From Octopus vulgaris (taxonomy: Eukaryota): 64,000 nt of DNA. The DNA lies in assembly GCA_951406725.2 (NCBI GenBank), contig OX597821.1, forward strand, positions 15,624,001 to 15,688,000, written 5' to 3'. A model generated the notes under the pieces. The model did no database searches. It was not told where the DNA came from and saw only the letters and a program-made list of their open reading frames with translations. Positions 1 to 13,637 of this stretch are shown here, piece after piece (position 1 is the stretch's first letter; each line of letters begins with the position of its first letter). The translations under genes were made by a program, and so were the position numbers.

Positions 1-87
1 TTAAATACTGAAATCTTTCCTTCCTGTTCATAAACTAAAACGTACAAGTTCAGATCAGAAACGTGAGCCTATGTGTAGCATCTCGTT

Positions 88-140
<53 letters not shown>

Positions 141-143
<3 letters not shown>

Positions 144-460
144 AGGGGAGCACTGAAAGGGGTTTGAAGGAGTAGTGCCCTTGTCTTCCTGAGCTAGTTT
201 TCTACCACATTTCTTAAATATCGTGATAGATGCCTTGGTCTCTGGAGCTCTGATATTTAGAAACTGAGGTTGGAGGTAAGTAAGGGCATCCTCCCCGCAG
301 AAAATCGAGCTGCAAAAAGCAAATGAGAATGGCCACCAGCCAGCTCAAAGTTTGGGGTGGGCTGCACCTGCCTACCTCCCTTACTATGGCTTTGAGTTAG
401 ATCCGGCCACCCCCGTTAACGGGGACAAAACTCGGATTTAAATTAGTGGCGGATGATGAT
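141..460 (+). mobile_element. Interspersed repeat fragment, probably an RTE-associated SINE-like element with a (GAT)n tail
   Basis: GC-richer island between microsatellites; contains AAGGGCATCC...GCAGAAAA, similar to RTE-linked SINE bodies, and ends GGATGATGAT. Family assignment is inference. Confidence 0.35.
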
Positions 461-2699
461 TATACACACAACACACATAATATATATAATGCTTGTGTCA
501 TAATATGTGTAACTGTTTATAATCGAGTATAAATCTACATTTTGTAGCTAAAGCCAAACTTCCAACCTAATCCAATCTCCTTGTATAGCTCTGGTTATCC
601 ATAGTTTCAAAAAGGACACTTAAAATCGCAGTAAATTTAAAATGCATAAAACCCATGAAACACTAGAACACTAACAACCTAAAACGCACAAACTACTATC
701 GTCGATGCTTTTGAGCACTAACTTTAGTTTAAATCGTTTGGACGTGAAATGTAGAACGGGATAAAAGGTCATAATTTAGATACTGAAAAAGCATCTGGTT
801 CTCCAAATACTTCATTCTTCTTGATTTACCTCTTCTTCGTTTGTAACTTTTCCTGCCCTGTTGTTTCCATTTATCAGTGTTCTCGCTTGACTACATTTAT
901 TTCTCCAGTTATGAATAACGAGTTTCCCTCATAATTTGCTTTCTGTTTGGCAATGTCTTCAATTGGGGATTTTAGACACACAATCGCTCTTCTTCGAAGT
1001 AAATCTAATTGGTGTATGCTTAGACATTGCTCTATAAGCAATACATTATATTATCAAAGTCATCTCTTTATTCTAAGCACGGAAATTCGCAGTCCTTCTT
1101 CACTTCTGGCATACTTCAGCAGTATGAATTTCATGTTTGAAAAGGATCTTTTCAATTAAATAAGCACTTTTAAACAATAAAGTGCTTGACTACACAAACA
1201 CACCAGTACTTTAAAAAGAAATGAACAATTGCCATTGAATGTTGTCACAAAACATACATTATAACTTCAAGCAATGGTGAACATATATCTTTTGTTACAC
1301 ACCTCAGTGCTATATCCTTCAGAACCATCGTTTTTAAAGCGATTCTCTCATTTTACATTCATTGTATATTTTTATTTCATAGTATCATACTGATCACCAG
1401 TTTAAATTTGTAATTATTTTACGCTAAATATCACGAACATTCGGGTGTAATATTACAGATACTAAAGTAATATGAATCTTTCAAATTTACTGCTTTCGGG
1501 GTTTCTCTGACATATAGCAGATTAATTAAGCTAATAAGGGATACTGTACGAGACCATTTGACTTGCTAGATATTGCAACCGAATCTCTCTCTAGTGTTGC
1601 AGTGGAGTTTCTCTGGAATTGCATCCCGCCGGACATTGGTCTTCGGGTTTCCATGCGTATACAGAAACTGCCCCCCGCCAAAAAAAAACAGCGGGTTACG
1701 AGCGGAAATGATTTGATCAAATATTAGATCTTCAAATATTAGATCAAATATTAGATTTACATACCAAACGTGACTGAGTTGCTGGCATTGTCAAGAGTAT
1801 ATAATTTGAATAATACGTATGTACGCATGATGGAAAAATAGTAAATACACTCCCTATAACTAATCAATGACAGCTCTCTTCATATATATTATTACTTTAC
1901 ATTTATATTTTGTAATATGAAGAAGAACATGAAATATGTGTCTTTATGTGGCCTACCTTCTTGTTAGAGATTATTTTAAGCACATGTTTGCATATTTGCA
2001 TGTCTATCTATATTATTATCTATCAACTATACTGTGTAAGTGCTTGAGTATGCTATAGGTTTATTACCATGAAAATGTTTTGGGGGCATGCTATATCAGA
2101 GCATGCATTTGTGAAGTTTTCAATAGTAATCTCGGGTCAGACTAGATCAATACGTCAACAGACATTATAAAGTAGACATAAATAAATAAATAATATTATT
2201 CATTAAAAAAAATCCATACACAAAAGTCAAAACATTCTGTATTTTATTAGTAGACACGAATCGTATTAGGATTATTCTAAAACCTATTCCACCAGGTAAG
2301 CTTCAAGAAAGAACTAACGATATATGATTGTAAAGCAACCCCGATCAGATTTGTGTGCTGAGGCTAACAATAATAATAATGTTATTGTTTATTGTATCTG
2401 TAATAAGTTTTCTCTAAAAAAACAAAAAACTGTCAAGAACGTTCTGGGTCTTCTTTGAACAGTGAGGCAGATCTAGATTGGCGCATATAAGATAGAACGA
2501 AGCAATGGTAACTGTAATATACAGTAGTTGCTTTATATAGAATATTGAACAGTTTTTATAAGTATGAGGTATATAAGTGCGAAAGTGGACTATATACTGT
2601 TGCGAGGGAGATGAGGGAAAGGAAGACGCATTTGTTAAGCATAGATGTATCAAGGATCGTATAGAATTAAAGAATAAGGACTTGATAAATGTGCAAAGG

Positions 2700-3340
2700 C
2701 TACTTTCAAGGTAGGGAATTTCATAAAGGCAGAAAATATAGAACTCAAGATTAATATTTACAAGATCCTTAAGGCACCATCCAAAATCAGATGTAGACAA
2801 GATTTATCTCCCGCGAAAAATTGGCGGAAGAGGTCTGATACAGCTCGAACAATCCTTCAACTCAGCAATAATAAGTCTTGAAAATGTCCCTTGGCCTACA
2901 AGTTAACAATAAGAATGACCAAAGACAGCTAAACATTGACAGACCTACTATTGCTTCTCCTGATTTAGAAATTAACAACCAGAAAGACCAAAGAAATCTA
3001 AGTAGCGACAAACCTGCCATTGATGAAAAAAACCATCAACCAAAAAGCGAAGAAGGCTTGCATGAATAATATCGAAGACAAATGGAAAGGTAAACTCCTG
3101 CATGGAAAATTCTCTAACTACCTGTCCAAGCCAGATACTGGTCAAAATCTAACACACCAATGGCTACAAGGTCTGAAAGGGGAAACAAGGTTTTGTTATT
3201 GCAGCTCAAGATCAAAGCTTACATACCAGAAACTACCATGCAAACGTCCTTAAAGATCGATTTGACTCCACGTGCAGAATTTTTCGAAAATTCACAGAGA
3301 CAATTGATCATGTTGTTTCTGTTTTCCCATTCCTCGCTGA
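2700..3340 (+). mobile_element. Decayed R4/Dong-type non-LTR retrotransposon fragment (post-RT region and CCHC area)
   Basis: Translates across frameshifts to HPKSDVDKIYLPRKIGGRGLIQLE, WKGKLLHGKF, GFVIAAQDQSLHTRNY and TETIDHVVS, motifs typical of RLE-type non-LTR elements. Confidence 0.8.
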
Positions 3341-6069
3341 AATGTAGTAACGTTGAAATGGAGTAACGGTGCCAGCTTACGCCTTAGTGTCATTGACAGT
3401 ATTCTACCCAGATATGACTTCAGGCATCTGGAGAATTATGGCTGCTTCGCATATATCCCATCAACAGAAACGTTGATGGGATATATATCTCCGAGATGTA
3501 TTTTGGCGACTATGGTGCCGTTAGGAATTAGAGTTTCTGTCCCAGACCCCAAATTTAGTTTTATTGGTCTCTCGTCTTCGCGCAACGAATCGATAATGCT
3601 TACATATAAACCCTTTTAGCAAAGGTTCGATTTACTTCTGAAGCTTCTTTCCTATTTATCGTTACATATGCGGGTATAGCATTTGACGGGTAGCTGTGTA
3701 AAGCATGAGCAGTAATTGTCTCTCTTTTTCTTCCATATACTTAAACACTTTTGATATAAATATCCTACCCACATCCTGAGAGGCGTAGCTTCGGTGCCTC
3801 TATTCAAATACATTCTGAAAGTGACTTTCGTTTGAGAAGCCGATGTATGGCATGTGCTCTTTTGTCTACCTTCTAGAAATTGATATAATAGCAGAATGAT
3901 TTCGGTTCATATATCTCCTTTCTCATAATATTCTCAAATTTTTGTCTGGGCATTACCTGCATAATCGTCAAAATTGCTGTTGAACTGTTGTTCTTTCAGT
4001 TGCTGCTGATGTTATTTTTGATAATTTCCCTCATTAATATCCTACGAAAACTAATATTGGAGACATTGTTTTCTTTCTTTTCTATTGTAAAGGTATTGCA
4101 TCGTAACTTTACATTTGCTTTGTGTTGTAGAAAGAAACGAATACACCACTCACTTGATTGCGAAGCATAATGCTACCAATTGTGAGAACTTACTACCACT
4201 TCACCGGATGTCATGTTTATAAATATAATGTAAAATGACGGGTGATAAACAAATTTCTTCTTCAGACTGTGTGGTGTTTCTTGCTCCCAGAGGAGAAATA
4301 AAATAAGAAAAGCAAAATAACCTCTCTCATTCCTCTAAATAACAATTTCACAAAATAAAAATGTAAATATTTTTCAAAGTAATCGGATGATTTCCAAATA
4401 AATTCAATACCATACACACACATATATAAAAACAAACATACACACAAATAATCTCTGTTACTAGTAAAATCCAAATAAGATTTGAAGTAGAATGCTAAAC
4501 GTTATCCTTGTAAGACATTTCCTTGAAGCATCGTTGCTAATTATACCAATTTGGAAATCTTTCGCAAATCTCATACAGTTGGTATTTTGTTATTTTTAGT
4601 TGTTCCACCGATAACATTCTCTAAGATTGTTGTGTCTGCTGCGAATTAATTCTTCATAGCAAATCGTGTAATATCAGATGAACCCATTGAATCAAGCAAG
4701 GTTATCGCTAATACGAAGTAATTTCAGTTTGTAAGAAATACAGTCCAAAGTTCTCGCTGGTCGATCGATATTCTTAGCTGATAAACGATCATCAAAATTT
4801 TTTTTCAGTTTCTTTTTTTCTTCTTGCTTTTTGTCACGTACAGTGAATTCATTAGAAATGTTCTTTCCTCTTTTCCATAGTCTTATCTCTATATATGTGA
4901 TACATGTATTTGCATGTGAGTATGAAGTTAAAAATATGCGCACACAGGCACATAAACAGAGACAGAAATGAAAACACACAGTTACACTCATATACATATT
5001 TATTGAATAGTCTGCTGTCTCGTTTATCTGAAATTGCATAATTCGTAATTATGAATAGTTAATCAGGTATGAATGTATGTTTATAATACAATTAATTGTT
5101 AAATATCTGAGATTTCGCACCTCAAGTTTTGTTTAACAAAATGAGAAATTCAAATACAATGAAGCTGAAATCTATAAAACTGTCAAAGTTAAGTAAGTTA
5201 AAGAATAAAGACATACGTTTGCATAAATACATCATCGATAAATGACAGCTAATAAAATCTACGCATTAACTAACGATGTTTCCAGGATCTCTGATATTAC
5301 AAACTCTGTAAAGAAGAAAAACTATATTGCTTTTGTGTTCCTTCAACTGTGAGAGATAAGACAGCAACGGAATAGAAATTCATATAAAAGTTTTGTCGAC
5401 GAGAAAATCGAATTATGTACAGAACGAAATCTTGAATACGAAACAGATTCAAAATTTGCAAGAGACACTTTTGCCCGTGATTTCTTCATGAACCATAACA
5501 TAGAAAAAAAAGAAAATTCCAGTAATTCGTTTTTTCCTTTCGTGTTTCTGATTGGATGGAAGCTAACTTATTCTTTTTTTAATTCTAGAATCATGAGCAA
5601 AATAGTATTTTCGCCTATATAGACATAATTTAAAAGGGAACAGATACGTGCAGCAGAGTCTTGTGGATAAAATATTATTCACTTAACAAAACCATTTCCG
5701 ACTGGATTTCGCAGAGTAACCAGTTGAAAGCATCTCTTCTGCTGCAGACACCTTTTAATTAATGGCTTTTGAATACTAAAGAAGGGCTATATAAATATTG
5801 ACAACATATTATTATTTGCATTAATACAGAATTCCTTAGTCGATTTAATCGATTCCATGATATGGTCAACCCTATAAGTTTTAATACTTCGATTAGCCTT
5901 TTATTTTGATTGGTAACCATTTGAAAGATATCCGCGTTCGAGTTATATTTAATACGGTCCCCTCCTCTCCATGACCCTAATCTTTTCAGCTACAAGGATT
6001 TATTTTTCACGCCCTTACTTTGTCTAGAGCTGATCATATGAAACTTCAATAGTAATCTATATTCTGTGT

Positions 6070-6366
6070 ACTGGAGACAAATGGCCTAGTGGTTAGAGCA
6101 GCGGACCAGCGGTCGAGGGATCGAGGATTCGAATCTCAGACCGAGCGATGTGTGTTTATGAACGAAACACCTAAGCTCCACGCAGCTCCGGCAGAAGGTA
6201 ATAGCGAACCTCTGCTGGTTCTTTCGCCACAACTCTCTCTCACTCTTTCCTCTTGCAGCTGACCTGCGACGGACCGGCCTCCCCTTCCTGGTGGAGAACC
6301 TATACACCAGGGGAACCGGCCCTATGAGCCAGGCGTGGCTCAAGAAGGAATAAAACAACAACAACA
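6070..6366 (+). mobile_element. tRNA-derived SINE (family C), full length with TSD
   Basis: A box TGGCCTAGTGG, B box GATTCGAATC, (AAC)n tail, 11-bp direct repeat ATATTCTGTGT at 6059-6069 and 6367-6377; second copy at 41323. Confidence 0.9.
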
Positions 6367-6824
6367 ATATTCTGTGTGGCGTCGCAGTTTTTTCCCAATG
6401 CCTTTTGCGTTTCAATATGTGTGTGTGTGCGCGTGCGCGCGTGGATACGGCCTTAGAAAATAAGAAACGAACAGACTCGGGCGCATACACACACGCTTCC
6501 ATACATACACACACATTCTTTCTTGACGCTGCCCAATGACTGAAATTATTAGAAAACTAAAAAGAAATATTTAGAAAACAAACATCATACATATTATCGA
6601 CTTTGTTATTATATTTTCCCACTTGACCGTGAGAGATGAACCGCATATTCTCATTAACTCTAGGTCAGAACCTGACGAAGCAAGTAGTAATATTATTAAC
6701 ATATAATGTAAATGAGGATTATCACGGAATTCATTATAAAACCGAAACGAGCGTTTTCCATGTTATAAAATATAAATAAATAGATGCACATACACACACA
6801 GATATCTATCCATCTATCTATCTC

Positions 6825-7438
<614 letters not shown>

Positions 7439-7440
7439 AA

Positions 7441-8982
7441 AGTTTCTATCCCATTCGGTCATCCCGGTTTTCAAACAGGGAAACAGATCCCTCGCAGTCA
7501 AATATCGCCCAATCTCACTCACCTCCCACACCATTAAAGTGTTTGAAAGAGTGTTAAGATCAAGAATAGCTGACTTCCTGGAGACCCACAAACTCTTAAA
7601 TGCAAATCAGCATGGCTTTCGCTGTGGCAGGGACTGTCTAACACAGCTCTTACACCATATTGAAGATGTACTCAAAGCCTTGGGAACAGGTTCGAACTCT
7701 GACGTCATATATCTTGACTTCAGTAAAGCGTTCGACAGGGTAGACCATAACATCCTACTCTCAAAATTGGCAAACGTTGGAATCCGTAGAAAAATTCTAC
7801 ACTGGATTAAGTATTTCCTAGCGAATAGAACACAACATGTTTTAGTTGATGGAGTCCACTCAAACCCAGCAAAAGTCACCAGCGGTGTTCCTCAGGGAAC
7901 TGTTTTGGGTCCGCTACTCTTCATAATTTACGTAAACGACCTTTCCAGTGTCGTACATTACTGCAAAGTGAAAATATTTGCTGATGACACTAAGCTCCAG
8001 CAAATCGTCAATGAAGAAGCAGACCGAACTCAACACCAGTCTGATCTATATGCTGTGAGTCAATGGGCAGACAGAAGCAAAATGCAACTGAATGAGGGAA
8101 AATTTGAGCTGATGCATTTTGGAAGAAATTCCTCACTAAAACAACCATACTCTCTTCCTTCAGGGGAACTGCTCACAGCCTCTAACAGTATCAGAGACCT
8201 GGGTGTAATTGTTGATGACGATCTCAGTTGGAGTGCACACATCAACAAGAAGGTCGGCATAGCTCGTAGGATGAGTTCCTGGATCTTAAGAACTTTCCGG
8301 TCCAGAGAACAAGGTGTCATCATACCACTTTTTTCCTCCTTTGTACGGCCACACCTTGAATACTGCTGCCCACTGTGGTCTCCTCACACAAGACAAAACA
8401 TCTCCAGAATTGAGTCACCCCAGAGGGCACTCACTAAACAAATTGAAGGCATGGCTGCTCTCGATTATTGGGATCGCCTTAAAGCCCTGAAACTTTAATC
8501 CCTCTAGCGTCGCCGTGAGCGGTACATCATTTGTACGATGTGGAAAATATACCGCCAACTTTGCCCAAACGACCTAAACATTAGCTTCAAGGTTCATCCA
8601 AGAATTGGACCACGGACTATACGTCCCCTCTCCAATTCAAGATCACGACATACATGTACACTGCAACATAATTTCTTTTCCTCAACAAGCCCTGCCCCAT
8701 TTAACATTGTCCCGAGGGAGATCAAAGAGGAAAAGGATCCCATCAACTTTAAACAGAGTCTGGATAGATTCCTTCAAAGAATACCAGATAAGCCACACTT
8801 AATTGGATACAACTCACCCAACAAGAACTAACTACTTGAACAAAACTGGATACAACTCAGCCAACAAGAACTCACTACTTGAACAAAACTTGACTTAAAG
8901 AGGATTCGAATAATCCTATCAGGTGGTGCTATTAAGTTAGACATGGCCTGGACCAATCTTTGGTCGAAACATATCTAAGTTT
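7441..8982 (+). mobile_element. 5'-truncated CR1/L2-type (jockey group) LINE, RT domain plus 3' end, pseudogenised
   Basis: [44 protein letters not shown] and RPHLEYC motifs. In-frame stops at about 8496 and 8505 split the ORF, and 8538-8831 is the same frame. 3' stem-loop GACCAA-TCT-TTGGTC at 8951-8965. Confidence 0.95.
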
Positions 8983-9089
8983 ATATATATATATACATGT
9001 ATGTATGTGTATATATATATATATGTATGTGTATATATATATATATGTATGTGTATATATATATATATGTATGTGTATATATATATATG

Positions 9090-9136
<47 letters not shown>

Positions 9137-9163
9137 ATGTATGTATGTATGTATATATATATG
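8983..9163. repeat. (TA)n/(TATG)n microsatellite
   Basis: Directly visible. Confidence 0.97.
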
Positions 9164-10739
9164 TTATTTTTAACTGCTGCTGTTGATGAAATAAATACAT
9201 TTAAATAACAACCCTGGCAGCAAACTAAATTATTCTAAAATAAATTCATATAGCACATTTTAAAATTTGTAATAAAATTTAACCCTGCAACAATGTGGAT
9301 ATCGCAGTAAAAATATTCATTGCTACAAATGAGACCGTAGCATGTATGGTGTCTGTATGGAAAAGGAGTCGCCCATCTGCTTCTCATTGAAAAGTGAAAG
9401 AATTTGAAATACGATGACTACTTAATGCACTTTATATATACACTTTATATACTTTATGCACAATTTTATTGATATAAGACACAGCACTCATAAAATAACT
9501 ATTCACTCTTATTTTTCCACTTTTGCCAAAAACCGAAAAAGACCGAAAATAAAACAAAATTCCTCGTAAATATCATACAACCTTTAGTTAAATTGCATAT
9601 ATCTGCCACGTAAATAAGCGTGAACATTTCACGGGATTGTACTTATGCACATGCGTTTAGTGATAGGTGATATAAAAACGTAGTTCAATCAAAAGAAAAA
9701 ATACATTTTTTTATTATCCACGCACCACCACCATCTCCACCACAACCACCACCATGACCATCATCATCTTCCCCCTCTCTCCCCCTCTACTCCTCTTTCT
9801 TTGCCTTTCTTTAACCTCACCATCAGAACATCACCCCTCAGCTAAAATTATATTTCTAACTCACTTTCTCTATATCACTACCTTCAACTAACTTCTTTTT
9901 ACCACGTAATAAATATTACGTTCCCCCTACCATATGTTATATACGCTCTCTCACTATTTTCTCTCTTTCTTGCTCACACCTAGCCTTATCCGCATTTTCC
10001 CTCTTTCCTCTCCTCCCCCATTCCCTTCAACTAATTGCTTGAAAGTGTTACAATTACATTCTCCGTCATGGACGCTTATCTCTCTTTCTCTCTCTCCATT
10101 TTTCTTTCTCCTTCTTTTTCTCTCATCAACTGAAAGCGCTGCCGACAGGCTTAGGATCGTAATAACAAGTAGAATTATAACTTTCATTTGAAGGATATTC
10201 AAAAATTAAACTGAAAATATTTGGGGCCGACTAGACACGTCTGTGAACCTCCAAACCTTTCATTTATGTTTCATGATCTTATCATTTAATGTTATTGTTC
10301 AGATAGATCGACATATCTTATTATTTAACGATAGTGTTCAGATATGTCGACATATCTTGTAATATATTTTATCTTCTTACATAGCTACATCTCTATCAGA
10401 ATCATGATTATATGATAAATTGTATTTATTAAATGAATTCCACCAGGAATGATAACCTTTCAAATAGACGCGTGTCCAAATCCTTTGCGTTCACCTACGA
10501 AATACCGACAAAGCTGAATTTAAATATCGGCCATATTGGTCTTCTCTATTACTCCGAATCAAGGTATTTAGAACAGAAAGGTAATGATGATTATGCTTTG
10601 AATTATAAGAGATACAATGTCAGAAAAAGATTCTGAAAGTACATTGTGAAATCAGCTTTTTATTACTTTCTCCCTCCCATCGTGATGTATATGTACGCTA
10701 GTATGCACACATGCCCACGCGCGCACACCCACTAACAAA

Positions 10740-11136
10740 TCTTTATATATAAAAGTGAGGTTGTGTGCTGTCTCCTACGATTTAGATTCCTAACTACTCC
10801 AACATTTTGCGGTGCAGTTTAACCAAAACCGGGTATCTTATAGTCGTAATTCATATCGAGCCCTTCTGGGTATTAGCGCGCGTCTACGATGAGTTTACGA
10901 TTTAAAAAAAAATTACCATCAGTTTTTCCCATTATTTAATGCATTTTTTTCGCTATTATATAAGGGAAGTAACTCTCTAAAAATTTATTATTAAATCTCA
11001 GAACGTAAAAAGCTACAGTAACACCCCACCTTTGTGGTTAGCCATTTTGAGATGGCTATTATACTTTACATCTCTAAAAAATGCTTATATAGTTATTTCC
11101 CTTACAAACCCGAGCAACGCCGGGCGATACTGCTAG
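10740..11136 (+). mobile_element. Non-autonomous Helitron (about 400 bp)
   Basis: Starts A|TCTTTATATATAAAAG; ends with GC hairpin CCCGAGC-AAC-GCCGGG followed by CTAG|T; inserted between A and T with no TSD. Confidence 0.85.
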
Positions 11137-11744
11137 TAAATGATAAACGAGCAGGAAATTATGGAATGAACTCTGTTTTATAATTATGTATATGCATACT
11201 GACTTCTAAAAACAGGACAATAGTGTCGCTATGACTTAGCAGTACATTGCAGTGTGTGTATTTATGTATGTGTGTGTGTCTGTGTTTGTCTGTAAGTCTG
11301 TTTGCATACATATATAGAAAAAGAAACACACACACATTTATATATTGGATTATTCTTGAGCATGAATTCAATTTTTATTTCATGCGAATGTATGAGGTTG
11401 TTAAGACATATCAGTTGCTTAAGGAAGATCACAATTTAGACATGGCGTAACTTAGCTGCAAAACCCGCAGAATCAGAAATACTCTCCCACCATTTTGGTG
11501 CCAAAAACTTACTGTACTTTGCCCAGTGTAATTTTAGTACAAAGTATACGAGTGTATTCTTAAAGAAACGGAAGAGTCTCTCTCACAATTCTAAAAGAAA
11601 AATATTAAATTATCATATAATTGATAAGACGTGTGCTCAAAATTTCACAAGCATATGTAAAATATAAAAGGAGAGACAATATACGCACATATACATAGAT
11701 GATAAACACTCATATACATACACACACACATATACATGCATGCA

Positions 11745-11787
<43 letters not shown>

Positions 11788-12897
11788 ATGTATGTGTGTG
11801 TGTGTGTGCGTATGTGCTGTCCTCAAAACATAGCAAGAAGATTTAATTCAAATAAATTATATAAATCCCAAACCCAGAAGAATAACATGATCCCGCCTTC
11901 AAATTCAGTTACATTTATTACATTATATTTTTACTTGTATTTCGGGGAACTCATATTATTTGAAAAGCATGTATATCCAGAAACATGAATCAATGCTGCT
12001 ATACGTAAGCGAATGTGGATGCCTATGCACATACAATATACGCAGGAAATATGCAGATAAGCTTAATAGCAATGGAAAAAATGGATATTGAAAATACAGT
12101 CACATTTGCAGAAATGACAGAGACAAGGCTATTCTCGAAATAATCAAGACATATAAATACTTGACTGCTCAAAACATACATAAACTTCCGTGAATAATCA
12201 CGTGTACGTTCCTTAAAATTTAAAACTAGGAACTAATAAATATAAATATATTTATATACATTCACAGGGAAGTTAATCTCTGTTACGTATACATTATAGT
12301 ACGCATTGAATTAAACAATCTTATATCACAAAATAAATGTTGAAATACATTGAGATATCGAATCTTGTACACGAATATATGCGGACATGTATTACAGAGA
12401 TATGTCAATTCTTACTAGAAACATGATAATGAGTTACAAGATTAGCTAGGATCTTTCATATTTAGGTAAATGATAATGTGTTACAGGATTAGCTAGGATC
12501 TTTCATATTCGGGTAAATGCTAAAACTAGAAATCATTAACTAGAAATCATTAACTAAGTATTACCCTAGCAAAATATGATTATCCATGAAGTCATTCAAG
12601 CAATATAAACATATGTAATATGCATATGCCATAAGGCCATACGCATGTTCAGCATTATGAGAATGAAGTACAAATCAGAATATATAAGAGCGCTGAAAAT
12701 GTCTTGGTTTTGGCTAAAAGAAAACAGAGAAGGCTCAGTTAATCACAATTTTATTCAACGTATTCCCCTCTCAGATTCACACGCTGATTGCAATGGTCCT
12801 TCAGGTTTTCTAAGTCATGCAAAAGAACTCGAAAGGTTGGGCCTCCAACTAGGCTTTTCGCGACACCCTTAAAGCTAGGAGCTTTTCAGGACCCTCT

Positions 12898-12950
<53 letters not shown>

Positions 12951-12952
<2 letters not shown>

Positions 12953-13637
12953 ATGAAATACATTTCATCGTTACAAAGCGAACAAAAAGTTTTGCTCTCA
13001 TTGTACAGAAATGTTTTCGATAAAATATTCCATTCCAAATCAAACTGTTATATGGAATATTTTATCGAAAACATTTCTGTACAATGAGAGCAAATCTTTT
13101 TGTTCGCTTTGTAACGATGAAATGTATTTCATCCTATTCTCAGAGAATCCTCTAGTAAACACGCCTAGAGAACGCGTTTATCTTTGCAAACATTGGAAAA
13201 ACATACTTTTATTCCCTATATGTGATTTTTACCAGTCTATAAAATTCAACCGTTAACATTGCACTTCCACTAAAGATATTTATTTCTATGCCTTTAACTT
13301 TTATTCTCATTCACCTATTGCACTATATTTCTCCACTTTTAATTTTCTGCTAATTTCTTACTTCCTCCTGCTTCTCTTTCTATAACTTGCCTTTGACGTT
13401 ATATATATTAACGTATGCTTTAAAAAATAACGTTCCCTTCATCATATATGCAGATGTCACAATCGGTTAAAATGTCTTATTGATGCGTTTTGTTTCTCTT
13501 TTTCCCCTGATGAGAAGATTGCATTCTTTTACATCATTTTATTACTTCTGCAATAATGCCAATATTTACTTCGAAACATGTGTCGGAAGTATAATGATTT
13601 AAATAGCACCTGCGTTCAACTCCATTTATTTATTTAT
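12951..13637 (+). mobile_element. Penelope-like element 3' fragment: inverted 5' segment, GIY-YIG C-terminus, pLTR with hammerhead
   Basis: ORF 13011-13256 (WNILSK..CSLCNDEMYFILFS..VN...E...CKH) matches the C-terminal pattern of PLE GIY-YIG domains; hammerhead at 13502-13590; 83-bp fold-back at the 5' end. Confidence 0.8.
13502..13590 (+). ncRNA. Minimal type I hammerhead ribozyme motif (PLE-type)
   Basis: CTGATGA (13507-13513), stem II GAAG/CTTC, GAAAC-ATGT-GTC, stem I TTCC(C)/GGAA. Confidence 0.75.

Noticed and set aside
6665-6760. CTGACGA ... GAAACGAGCGTT as a hammerhead
   Set aside because: No convincing stem I or stem II pairing.
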